Shown here one piece after another: positions 11,965 to 21,427 of a stretch of DNA of 64,000 nt. How positions within the stretch are numbered: position 1 is the first letter of the stretch; each line of letters starts with the position of its first letter. The notes under the pieces are model-generated. The model saw only the letters and a program-made list of their open reading frames with translations, searched no databases and had not been told where the DNA came from. Both the position numbers and the translations under genes were made by a program. The DNA comes from Eledone cirrhosa (Eukaryota). Location: contig OZ024742.1 in the NCBI GenBank assembly GCA_964016885.1, positions 343,232,001 through 343,296,000 of the forward strand, given 5' to 3'.

Positions 11965-14900
11965 TCAGCATGTACCCATGGGAGGTCGGGTACCCTGTAT
12001 TACTGCGTGACGCCAGAAGTCACGGTCGTGTGTCATTGACTTTGAGAGGTGTAGTTGGGTAAGGTCGGCTTTTATCACCTCATCCCAAGTCATCTTGGGT
12101 CTCCCCACTCCGCGGTTTCCATCAACTTCTAGTGCTCTGCACCTTTTTATGCAGCTGTCATCCTTCATACGCATCACATGTCCATACCAGCGTAACCGCC
12201 TCTCCTGCACGCAGCATTTGATTCCTCTTATGCTCAGTCTCTCTCTCAATTCATTTATGCTTTGTCGTTCACGTATATTACTGTTACACATCCATCGGAG
12301 CATGCAGGCTTCGTTTCTCTCTAATCTACGTAAGTCTTCCACCTTCAGCGCCCAGGTCTCACTACCATGCAACATCGCTGTTCGGATACACGCATCATAC
12401 AGTCTGCCTTTCATTCTGAGGGAGAAGCCTTTTGCAGCTAGCAGTGGTAGTAGTTCCCTAAACTTCTTCCATCCCGTTCTTACCCTAGTTATTGTACTTT
12501 CTGAGCACCCACCTCCGTTGCTAATTCGGTCACCTAGGTAGCAGAAGCTGTCTACTGTTTCTACAGGGCCCTCCCAGAGATTGGTGGTACTTGTTTCCTG
12601 TGGCTGTTTGCTTGCTGTTTCAGCACAGCTGCTGCATGTGAATCCTACATTCTTAATTAAGCTTCCTGAGATCCCGCTACATCTCTTGTGTACCCATTGT
12701 TTGCATTTGGGGCAAAGAATGGAGTTCCTACCTACACCTTTCCTACATACTGAGCAAGGCCATTTCCCTGAGGGGATCTGGGTTCTGTTTTCTCGTCTAC
12801 TTATAAGGACCTTAGTCTTTGTCATGTTGACTTTGAGGCCCTTTCTCTCTAGTCCCTGCTTCCAGGTTTGGAATTTATTCTCTAGTTCTACCATAGATTC
12901 AGCTATGAGTGCGAGGTCATCAGCATACAGGAGTTCCCATGGGCATCCGGTCTTAAACTCCTCCGTTATTGCCTGCAGGACTATGATGAACAGGAGAGGG
13001 CTAAGAACAGAGCCCTGGTGGACCCCAACCTGTACGCTAAATTCCTCGCTATACTCATTGCCAATCCTAACTTTGCTGACTGCTCCCCTATACATGGCTT
13101 GTACCGCTTTCACAAGCCATTCATCTACTCCTAGTTTTCTAAGAGCCCACCAGATTACTGCACGTGGAACTCTGTCAAAGGCTTTCTCAAGGTCGACAAA
13201 TGCCAGGTAGAGTGGCTTACTTTTAGCTAGGTACTTTTCCTGTAATTGCCTCACAAGGAAGAGCGCATCAGTGGTGCCTTTCCCTGGAACAAACCCAAAT
13301 TGCATCTCGTCTATATTCACCCGGTCCCTAATCAGCTGTGCTATAACTCTTTCTGTTACTTTCATGACCTGGTCCATCAACTTTATACCTCTATAGTTTC
13401 CTCTATCTAGTGCATCGCCTTTACCTTTGTAGCAGTTGACAATGATGCTACTGCACCAATCTTTTGGTATGGCCCCCTCTAGTATTACCTGGTTAACGAT
13501 ACGTGTGGTTATAGTGTGACCTACAGACCCAGATGCCTTCAGCATCTCGGCAGCTATACCCGATGGACCGGTTGCCTTCCCTATCTTCATATCTCTGATT
13601 GCCTTACTTACTACGCTGCCGCTGACTTGTACTGCTGGTCCCTCTATAGGGTCTACGTGGGGTAGGGTCTCTTCTTCCCATGCATTCTCCTCATTTAGTA
13701 ATCTATCATAATGACTCTTCCATGCATCTTTCTTCTCAGCACTTGTGAGGGCAAGCTCACCTTTATCATTCCGGATACACTTCTCTCCAATGACATCACA
13801 ACTATCTCTGACACACTGCCTCGCAATCTTGAATACCTCCTGTTTCTGGTCCTCACGTTGTAAAACATGCTTGAATTTTCTATCCTCTGCTTCCCTCCTA
13901 GCTAAGTATACTTGTCGCCTAGCTTCCCTCTTGGTCTCTATGTAATGTACCCTGCTCCCCCCGTTCTTCCATTCTTTCCATGCCTGTCTCTTGGCCTTGA
14001 CTGCTTCATCTACCTTATTGTTCCACCACCAAGTCACTCTCCTCCTGCTTGAGGTCTTACTCCAGCCACAAACCTCATCCGTCGCCTCTAGTAAGTTATT
14101 TTTTAGGAACTCCCAGTTCTCTTCTACGTTAAATGTCTCTATCTGTTCTTCTTTACTGTCGTAGGCGTTGAGTAAAATATCTTTAAATCTGTTACTGGTT
14201 GAGGGGACTTTCAGCTTCCAGATCTTTCTTCTCCAGGTTGGCCTCTGTTTCAGGGCTCGTCTAGTTCTGACCGTGAGGTCGCTGACAACTAAGCTATGTT
14301 GGGATGTACATTCCTCACTAGGGAAGGCTTTTGTGTTTACGACCGTCCATCTGTCACGTCCTCTGATGAGAATAAAATCTAACTGACTAGAGTGCTCCCC
14401 TGATCTATAGGTGATCAGGTGGTTGTCGGGTTTTTTAAAGTTTGTGTTACATATCGACATGTCATTGGCGTCGCAGAATTCTAGAAGTCTGAATCCTTCC
14501 TCATTCCTTGTGCCAACTCCATGGCCTCCATGTACTCTATTGAAGCCGTCGCAGTGTTTACCTACGTGTCCGTTAAAATCTCCTGCAATGATTAGGAAGT
14601 CCTTGTCGTCTGTTAGAGCAGTAGTGTGTATTAGGGACTCGTAAAACCTATCCTTAAGTTCGTCTGGCAGCCCCGATTGGGGTGCGTAAGCTGATATTAT
14701 TGTGGTAATTGTCTTATTCAGGACTAGTCTGAGTTTAATGATTCTTGCATTTACCCTGTACACTGAGATTACTTTATCTACCCACTTGTCAGCTAATAGT
14801 ATACCTACACCACCCATCCCATCGTCATTTCCCACCCAGAAAAATTTGTAGCACTGGCTTTTTCCTACAAGGACTCTAGCAGACCCTCCTCTCCATCTAG

Positions 14901-15084
14901 TCTCTTGCACACAGCATACATCAACTTCCTTTCGCTCTAGCATTTCTACGATTTCTCCTGCTCTTCCTTTCATTGAGCCTACATTGATGGTACCAACTCG
15001 GAGTTTTGGGCATTTGTCGACACTCGTAGGGGAGGGTCTCTGGGTTGGCGCTTCACGTGGGTGCTTGGTAGCTCGCAGATTCAT
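11965..15084 (-). CDS. Intact 1039-aa RTE ORF: APE endonuclease, reverse transcriptase with inserted PHD finger, RTE C-terminus
   Basis: VGTINV, CVQETRW, SAYAPQ, GDFNGHVG, SQLDFIL, SQH (APE); YRGIKL, QFGF, DLEKAFD, GVHQGSVLSPLLF, YADD, YLG (RT); RLRWYGHVMR and GRPKMTW. No stops or frameshifts. Confidence 0.96.
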   Translation of the reverse strand: MNLRATKHPREAPTQRPSPTSVDKCPKLRVGTINVGSMKGRAGEIVEMLERKEVDVCCVQETRWRGGSARVLVGKSQCYKFFWVGNDDGMGGVGILLADKWVDKVISVYRVNARIIKLRLVLNKTITTIISAYAPQSGLPDELKDRFYESLIHTTALTDDKDFLIIAGDFNGHVGKHCDGFNRVHGGHGVGTRNEEGFRLLEFCDANDMSICNTNFKKPDNHLITYRSGEHSSQLDFILIRGRDRWTVVNTKAFPSEECTSQHSLVVSDLTVRTRRALKQRPTWRRKIWKLKVPSTSNRFKDILLNAYDSKEEQIETFNVEENWEFLKNNLLEATDEVCGWSKTSSRRRVTWWWNNKVDEAVKAKRQAWKEWKNGGSRVHYIETKREARRQVYLARREAEDRKFKHVLQREDQKQEVFKIARQCVRDSCDVIGEKCIRNDKGELALTSAEKKDAWKSHYDRLLNEENAWEEETLPHVDPIEGPAVQVSGSVVSKAIRDMKIGKATGPSGIAAEMLKASGSVGHTITTRIVNQVILEGAIPKDWCSSIIVNCYKGKGDALDRGNYRGIKLMDQVMKVTERVIAQLIRDRVNIDEMQFGFVPGKGTTDALFLVRQLQEKYLAKSKPLYLAFVDLEKAFDRVPRAVIWWALRKLGVDEWLVKAVQAMYRGAVSKVRIGNEYSEEFSVQVGVHQGSVLSPLLFIIVLQAITEEFKTGCPWELLYADDLALIAESMVELENKFQTWKQGLERKGLKVNMTKTKVLISRRENRTQIPSGKWPCSVCRKGVGRNSILCPKCKQWVHKRCSGISGSLIKNVGFTCSSCAETASKQPQETSTTNLWEGPVETVDSFCYLGDRISNGGGCSESTITRVRTGWKKFRELLPLLAAKGFSLRMKGRLYDACIRTAMLHGSETWALKVEDLRRLERNEACMLRWMCNSNIRERQSINELRERLSIRGIKCCVQERRLRWYGHVMRMKDDSCIKRCRALEVDGNRGVGRPKMTWDEVIKADLTQLHLSKSMTHDRDFWRHAVIQGTRPPMGTC

Positions 15085-15328
15085 ATTTCATCTATTGATT
15101 CAGAGTTGCTCGTGTATTCCCAGCTCATCCATCCATAACGGTGGGAAAATTGAGGGCTAGAAGGACAGTGGTGGTGGGGTAATGGCAGGGTGTGTTGGGA
15201 TGCGCCAGAGGAGGAGAGAGTTAGTTAGGCAGGTAGTAGCAGCAGCAGCAGTGGAAATGGCATGCTAGGTTTGATTGGTCGAATAGACTATGGTGGTGTG
15301 TGGGGGTGGGGGGGAGGGAAATTGTGAG

Positions 15329-17733
15329 GTAGGAACTGAGGGTCGCATGGTAAATATCCAAGTTAATACTACATCAGTAAAATTAACAATAATAACGTCA
15401 TGAAAAAAGCTACTAAGAGAAACCCTCGAAAATTTATCGCTAATACAGCAGGGAAAATTTAACGCTAATACAGCAGGGAACATCATAATATTAACGACAT
15501 GAAAAAGCTACTAAGAGAAACCCTCGAAAATTTATCGCTAATACAGCAGGGAAAATTTAACGCTAATACAGCAGGGAACATCATAATATTAACGACAATA
15601 TGTAGGCTAAAATACCTTCGTAGATTAGGTGGATGGCTGGCTGGGAAAATTTGAATCAGCTCTACTGGTACATTTTAGCAGAGAAGAATGGCAAAGTGTC
15701 TTATCTCTTCAATATTTTCAGATTGAATGAATTAGGTTAAAGACAGGGTAGTAAGCCTTAAAGAAGTGCATAGAGGGGGGGGGGGGGTAGGAACTGAGGG
15801 TCGCATGGTAAATAACTGAGAGAGATACAATAGGATTAGAATACCGCATGGTAAATATCCAAGTTAATAAGTTAATACTACATCAGTAAAATTAACAATA
15901 ATAACGTCATGAAAAAAGCTACTAAGAGAAACCCTCGAAAATTTATCGCTAATACAGCAGGGAAAATTTAACGCTAATACAGCAGGGAACATCATAATAT
16001 TAACGACATGAAAAAGCTACTAAGAGAAACCCTCGAAAATTTATCGCTAATACAGCAGGGAAAATTTAACGCTAATACAGCAGGGAACATCATAATATTA
16101 ACGACATGAAAAAGCTACTAAGAGAAACCCTCGAAAATTTATCGCTAATACAGCAGGGAAAATTTAACGCTAATACAGCAGGGAACATCATAATATTAAC
16201 GACATGAAAAAGCTACTAAGAGAAACCCTCGAAAATTTATCGCTAATACAGCAGGGAAAATTTAACGCTAATACAGCAGGGAACATCATAATATTAACGA
16301 CATGAAAAAGCTACTAAGAGAAACCCTCGAAAATTTATCGCTAATACAGCAGGGAAAATTTAACGCTAATACAGCAGGGAACATCATAATATTAACGACA
16401 ATATGTAGGCTAAAATACCTTCGTAGATTAGGTGGATGGCTGGCTGGGAAAATTTGAATCAGCTCTACTGGTACATTTTAGCAGAGAAGAATGGCAAAGT
16501 GTCTTATCTCTTCAATATTTTCAGATTGAATGAATTAGGTTAAAGACAGGGTAGTAAGCCTTAAAGAAGTGCATAGAGGGGGGGGGGGGGTAGGAACTGA
16601 GGGTCGCATGGTAAATAACTGAGAGAGATACAATAGGATTAGAATACCGCATGGTAAATATCCAAGTTAATAAGTTAATACTACATCAGTAAAATTAACA
16701 ATAATAACGTCATGAAAAAAGCTACTAAGAGAAACCCTCGAAAATTTATCGCTAATACAGCAGGGAAAATTTAACGCTAATACAGCAGGGAACATCATAA
16801 TATTAACGACATGAAAAAGCTACTAAGAGAAACCCTCGAAAATTTATCGCTAATACAGCAGGGAAAATTTAACGCTAATACAGCAGGGAACATCATAATA
16901 TTAACGACATGAAAAAGCTACTAAGAGAAACCCTCGAAAATTTATCGCTAATACAGCAGGGAAAATTTAACGCTAATACAGCAGGGAACATCATAATATT
17001 AACGACAATATGTAGGCTAAAATACCTTCGTAGATTAGGTGGATGGCTGGCTGGGAAAATTTGAATCAGCTCTACTGGTACATTTTAGCAGAGAAGAATG
17101 GCAAAGTGTCTTATCTCTTCAATATTTTCAGATTGAATGAATTAGGTTAAAGACAGGGTAGTAAGCCTTAAAGAAGTGCATAGAGGGGGGGGGGGGGGGG
17201 GGGGTAGGAACTGAGGGTCGCATGGTAAATAACTGAGAGAGATACAATAGGATTAGAATACCGCATGGTAAATATCCAAGTTAATAAGTTAATACTACAT
17301 CAGTAAAATTAACAATAATAACGTCATGAAAAAAGCTACTAAGAGAAACCCTCGAAAATTTATCGCTAATACAGCAGGGAAAATTTAACGCTAATACAGC
17401 AGGGAACATCATAATATTAACGACATGAAAAAGCTACTAAGAGAAACCCTCGAAAATTTATCGCTAATACAGCAGGGAAAATTTAACGCTAATACAGCAG
17501 GGAACATCATAATATTAACGACATGAAAAAGCTACTAAGAGAAACCCTCGAAAATTTATCGCTAATACAGCAGGGAAAATTTAACGCTAATACAGCAGGG
17601 AACATCATAATATTAACGACATGAAAAAGCTACTAAGAGAAACCCTCGAAAATTTATCGCTAATACAGCAGGGAAAATTTAACGCTAATACAGCAGGGAA
17701 CATCATAATATTAACGACAATATGTAGGCTAAA
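15329..17733. repeat. Higher-order tandem array: blocks of 2, 5, 3 and 4 copies of a 98-bp unit separated by a constant ~310-bp spacer
   Basis: Unit CATGAAAAAGCTACTAAGAGAAACCCTCG..ATATTAACGA starts at 16007, 16105, 16203, 16301 etc. and contains an internal 25-bp direct repeat. The spacer (CAATATGTAGG..poly-G..TAGGAACTGAGG..) occurs three times. Confidence 0.95.
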
Positions 17734-18164
17734 TTTTCGAGGGTTTCTCTTAGTAGCTTTTTCATGTCGTTAATATTATGATGTTCCCTGCTGTATTAGC
17801 GTTAAATTTTCCCTGCTGTATTAGCGATAAATTTTCGAGGGTTTCTCTTAGTAGCTTTTTCATGTCGTTAATATTATGATGTTCCCTGATATGTATATGT
17901 ATTTAAATATATGTATATTTATATGTATATGTATTTATATGTATATGTATGTATATGTATGTATATGTATATATATATGTATATGTATATATACATGTAT
18001 ATGTAACAAAGGAAGTGTGGTAAGGAACCAGGTGGACCATATATACATATATGTATTTGTATATATATATATATGTATGTATTTGTATATATGTGTATAT
18101 GTATATATATTTATATATGTATGTATATATTTATATATGTATATGTGTGTATGTATATATATAT

Positions 18165-18225
<61 letters not shown>

Positions 18226-18473
18226 GGCACATGGCTTAGTGGTTAGAGCATCATCGAAAGGTTGTGAGTTCAATTCTCAGACCGGGTGATGTGTTGTTTC
18301 CTCGAGCAAGACACTTTATTTCACATTGCTCCAGTTTACTCAACTGTAGAAATGAGATGATAGGACTGGGGTCACTATCATTCCACTGCAAAGTGGTTGT
18401 GGAGGTGCCATGGCAAAAAAGCACCCACCGCTCACTGTAAATGAGGTTGGTGTTAGGAAGGGCATCCAGCTAT

Positions 18474-19012
18474 AGATCTCATTAGTTTGCACTGGATGTT
18501 GTGGTACCAACATAACGTTATAGAGAAAGTGTGGTGTTGGCGGGAGTGGGAGGATGGAGTGGGGTAGTGGGTTGGGGTGTATGTTTGGTTTGGAGGGGCT
18601 TACTGACTGTAGGTTCTGTAATACTGCATGAAGCCAAAGATCTCGATCCAGTGACATTGTCTTAGAGAGGGGCAATATACATATATAATACTGAAGACCT
18701 GCCTTCCCTTGCGCATACTCAGTAGTCACCCCTTAATATTCACCCCTTCCACACCCCCACCCTCTTCCACCCACACTATTCTTACTCTGTAAATTGGTCG
18801 TGTAGGTGTCACAACGAAAAGCACCCACCCACACTGTAAAGTGGTCGAGTAGGAGACATGGCAAAAAGCACCCAGCACACACTGTAAATGTGATTGACAT
18901 CCAGCCAGAAACAGTTCTGTTTGAGCAAGACACTGTCACCCAACTTGCCTCTAATGGGACAGAACTGTCTAACCCATGCTAGCATTGAAAATAGATGTTA
19001 AATGATGATGAT
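18474..19012. mobile_element. Rearranged RTE 3' remnants: inverted ORF end/3' UTR (18474-18672, -) followed by a forward 3' UTR and (GAT)n tail
   Basis: Minus translation LSKTMSLDRDLW; forward part ends AACCCATGCTAGCATTGAAAATAGATGTTAAATGATGATGAT. Confidence 0.65.
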
Positions 19013-19164
19013 ACTTAAAAGTACTATATTGTGTAAAATACATGGTAAACTGGCATAAAGCTTCCTAGGTACTACGAGATTCTTGAAGCAAATTGATATT
19101 ATTTGTCAGCCCTGACTGTGGTGACTTTCTGATGGCTGACAAATGAAGTAAAATCAACTAGTGG

Positions 19165-19210
<46 letters not shown>

Positions 19211-19212
19211 TT

Positions 19213-19400
19213 ATATATATTAAAATAACAGATTATAGTTTAAGCAAAGAACCGCTGCTTTCACCCTCAACGGGATCTTCTGAAACTAAAAAAAAATCAA
19301 TCTGTGAACGCAGAAGTAAATATTTCGAAAAACGTTGCAACCGAAGGAAAACAGGAAGACGATACTTTGGTTCGTGAAGACGTTCCCTGGCAATGAATAT
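19213..19400. repeat. Unclassified ~190-bp dispersed repeat in TA tracts; second copy at ~48628-48810
   Basis: TATTAAAATAACAGATT..GTTTAAGCAAAGAA..GAAAAACGTTGCAACCGAAGGAAAACAGGAAGAC..GACGTTCCCTG shared between the two sites. Confidence 0.8.
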
Positions 19401-19447
19401 ATATATTATCCTTATCGAGCCCTCTTGGATTTTATTATTATTATTAC

Positions 19448-19635
19448 TGTGGATTGGCAGTATCGGTAGAGGGTCGGACGCCATGCTTTCCAGCATAGTT
19501 ACGTCCCTTCGTGATCTGAGTTCAAATCCGGCCGAGGTTAACTTTGCCTTTCATCCTTACGGGGTCGATAAAATAAAGTACCAGTAATGCACTGGGTAAT
19601 TGCTTGTCTTGTGCCAAAAATAGGAACAATTATTA
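19448..19635 (+). mobile_element. Abundant tRNA-like SINE family with (TTA)n tail; copies also at ~35110-35290, 37595-37720, 50493-50685, 52670-52823, 57588-57806, 57978-58185, 58457-58572, 60644-60880, 60905-61070, 63661-63775
   Basis: A-box-like TGGCAGTATCGG, B box GAGTTCAAATCC, core CTTTCATCCTTACGGGGTCGATAAAATAAAGTACCAG, end GGCCTTGTGCC..GAAAC(A/C)ATTATTA. Confidence 0.85.
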
Positions 19636-19731
19636 CTATATATACTTATATATATGTGTGTTTGTGTTTATTTGTATATGTCTTTTTTTTTTTTTGTATT
19701 TAAAAAAATGTGTTTTGTTTTGATCTTTCAG

Positions 19732-19809
19732 GAACTTCAGACTTTGGTTAATATGGAAAATGACGAAAAAGATACATGGACCTACTTGACACATTCCGGT
19801 GAACAGAAT
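19732..19809 (+). CDS. Host gene exon A (78 nt, phase 0-0): ELQTLVNMENDEKDTWTYLTHSGEQN
   Basis: Acceptor tttgatctttcAG, donor GTATGT; joins exon B in frame; non-repeat sequence. Confidence 0.7.
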
Positions 19810-19885
19810 GTATGTATTCTATTCTATTCTAGTTTTGAATCAACTCACAGACAATTCTTTACTTGCAATTCAAAACACCTAAAGT

Positions 19886-19886
19886 A

Positions 19887-19919
<33 letters not shown>

Positions 19920-20455
19920 TTTTCCTTTCCAATGCTTACATTTGGTTGGACAGATCCTCTTTGAAACATTGCTTTGTGACTTGTTACATTCTGTCATCTC
20001 CTTTCTTATGTCCAGCATCCTGAGATCAGCTTTCACCACTTCTGCTCTCATCTTCTTTGGTTTTCTTTTCCATGACTTTCTTCCATGTGGAACTCCTCGC
20101 ATTTCTTTACCCTTGTTATCATCATCATCGTCGTGTACGTTTTCCATGCTAGAATCAGTTAGATGGATTGTCCCATTGTGATACAAGTCCATATCCTGCT
20201 CACACAGAACCATTTCTGGTTTGGTTTCTATGGCTAAATGCTCTTATTAACACCAACCACAGGGTGCTTTTTATCATGGCACCAAAACGACCACTTTACA
20301 ATGTGTGCTGAGCACTTTTTGTTGTAGAACCAAAACGACTACTTTACAATGTTGGCTGGGCACTTTTTGTTATGGCATAAACAGAAAAACTTTCAGTGTA
20401 GGCTGGGCACTTTTTATTGTGGCACCAAAACGACCACTTTACAGTGTGGGCTAGG
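19886..20455 (-). mobile_element. Degenerate RTE 3' fragments, including an expanded 3' UTR module (~20260-20455)
   Basis: (CAT)n tails at 19887 and 20117; minus translation ..RKPKKMRAEVVKADLRMLDI; ACCAAAACGACCACTTTACA repeated. Confidence 0.6.
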
Positions 20456-21427
20456 TGAAAAAAAACCCCAAAGTATTACACTTATAAGGGTTTTGCAATT
20501 TCCTTCTACGTAGAACTCCTGGCAAATCTTTACCCTTGTTAGTAACAAAACCCCCTCCCACAAAATACTATTTACTATGAGGGAAGGGGCCTCACTCAAT
20601 ATTTTGGAAGCACTTAGTTAAAAGGAACTTGATATATGATCACATCAAGCAGTGTGTACCCTCAAACTGCTGGGGGTCTTTGACTGAATGACAGTAAAAC
20701 GCAGATGTATTAGAGACATAGGAATATTTAGCAATATATGCAGTATATTCCATTTGACACTTGGACCAGCAAGATAGTCTCTCTGCAGGTCTATCATATA
20801 TATTGTTTTTCTTATGACAGGAGGTAGGGTTAGAACATAAAATGCTGGAACAAACACTGAAACCACCACTAGTTCCATCATAAATAAGAACCTTTGTTAA
20901 GTTATGTTCCAAACTCCAACATAATAATGAGATGTAACCTTGTAAGAGGCCAGATAAACCTCTACAAGTGTGGCTATAAGAACAAACAACATTCATACAT
21001 TTGTGTATATACATACACACTTACATATAGTTGTGTATATATATACTCACATATATGTATTTGTGTACATATGTATATATATATATCCATACATACATAC
21101 ACACATACACCTGTGTATATATACACACACACAGGCATACCTTTGTGAATATACACATACATTTGTACATATATTTGTGTACATACATTTATATGTACAA
21201 ATATATTTGCACACATAAAAATACGTCCTATACGAGCAAGACAACCAATCTTGCCTCAAGTGGGACAATTCCCGTCTAAACTCATGCTAGCGTGGAAGAT
21301 AGACGTTAAACGATGATGATGATGATAATACATTTATGTACATACATATAATACATATACATGCACATACATTTGTATATAAGCATACACATATACATAC
21401 ATTTGTATATAGGCATACACATATACA

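Larger units (their letters stand above)
11662..17888 (-). mobile_element. Full-length RTE LINE, subfamily B (copy B1), with tandem-array 5' region and 5' inversion
   Basis: (GAT)n tail at 11662-11680, 3' UTR, intact ORF, 5' array at 15329-17733, inverted piece at 17731-17888; flanked by TA-rich microsatellite on both sides. Confidence 0.93.

Noticed and set aside
12095-13210. Long ORFs antisense to the RTE ORFs, recurring in several copies
   Set aside because: Shadow frames of a conserved coding strand; recurrence is explained by copy similarity and no domain is recognisable.
14290-14310. APE catalytic SDH motif reads SQH
   Set aside because: Shared by all copies that retain this region, and Q at this position is common in RTE endonucleases; not evidence of inactivation or novelty.
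15329-17733. Repeat-spacer pattern resembling a CRISPR array (also the 61-bp and 71-bp arrays)
   Set aside because: Spacers are identical rather than unique, units are 61-98 bp, no cas genes are present, and the context is eukaryotic and retroelement-associated.
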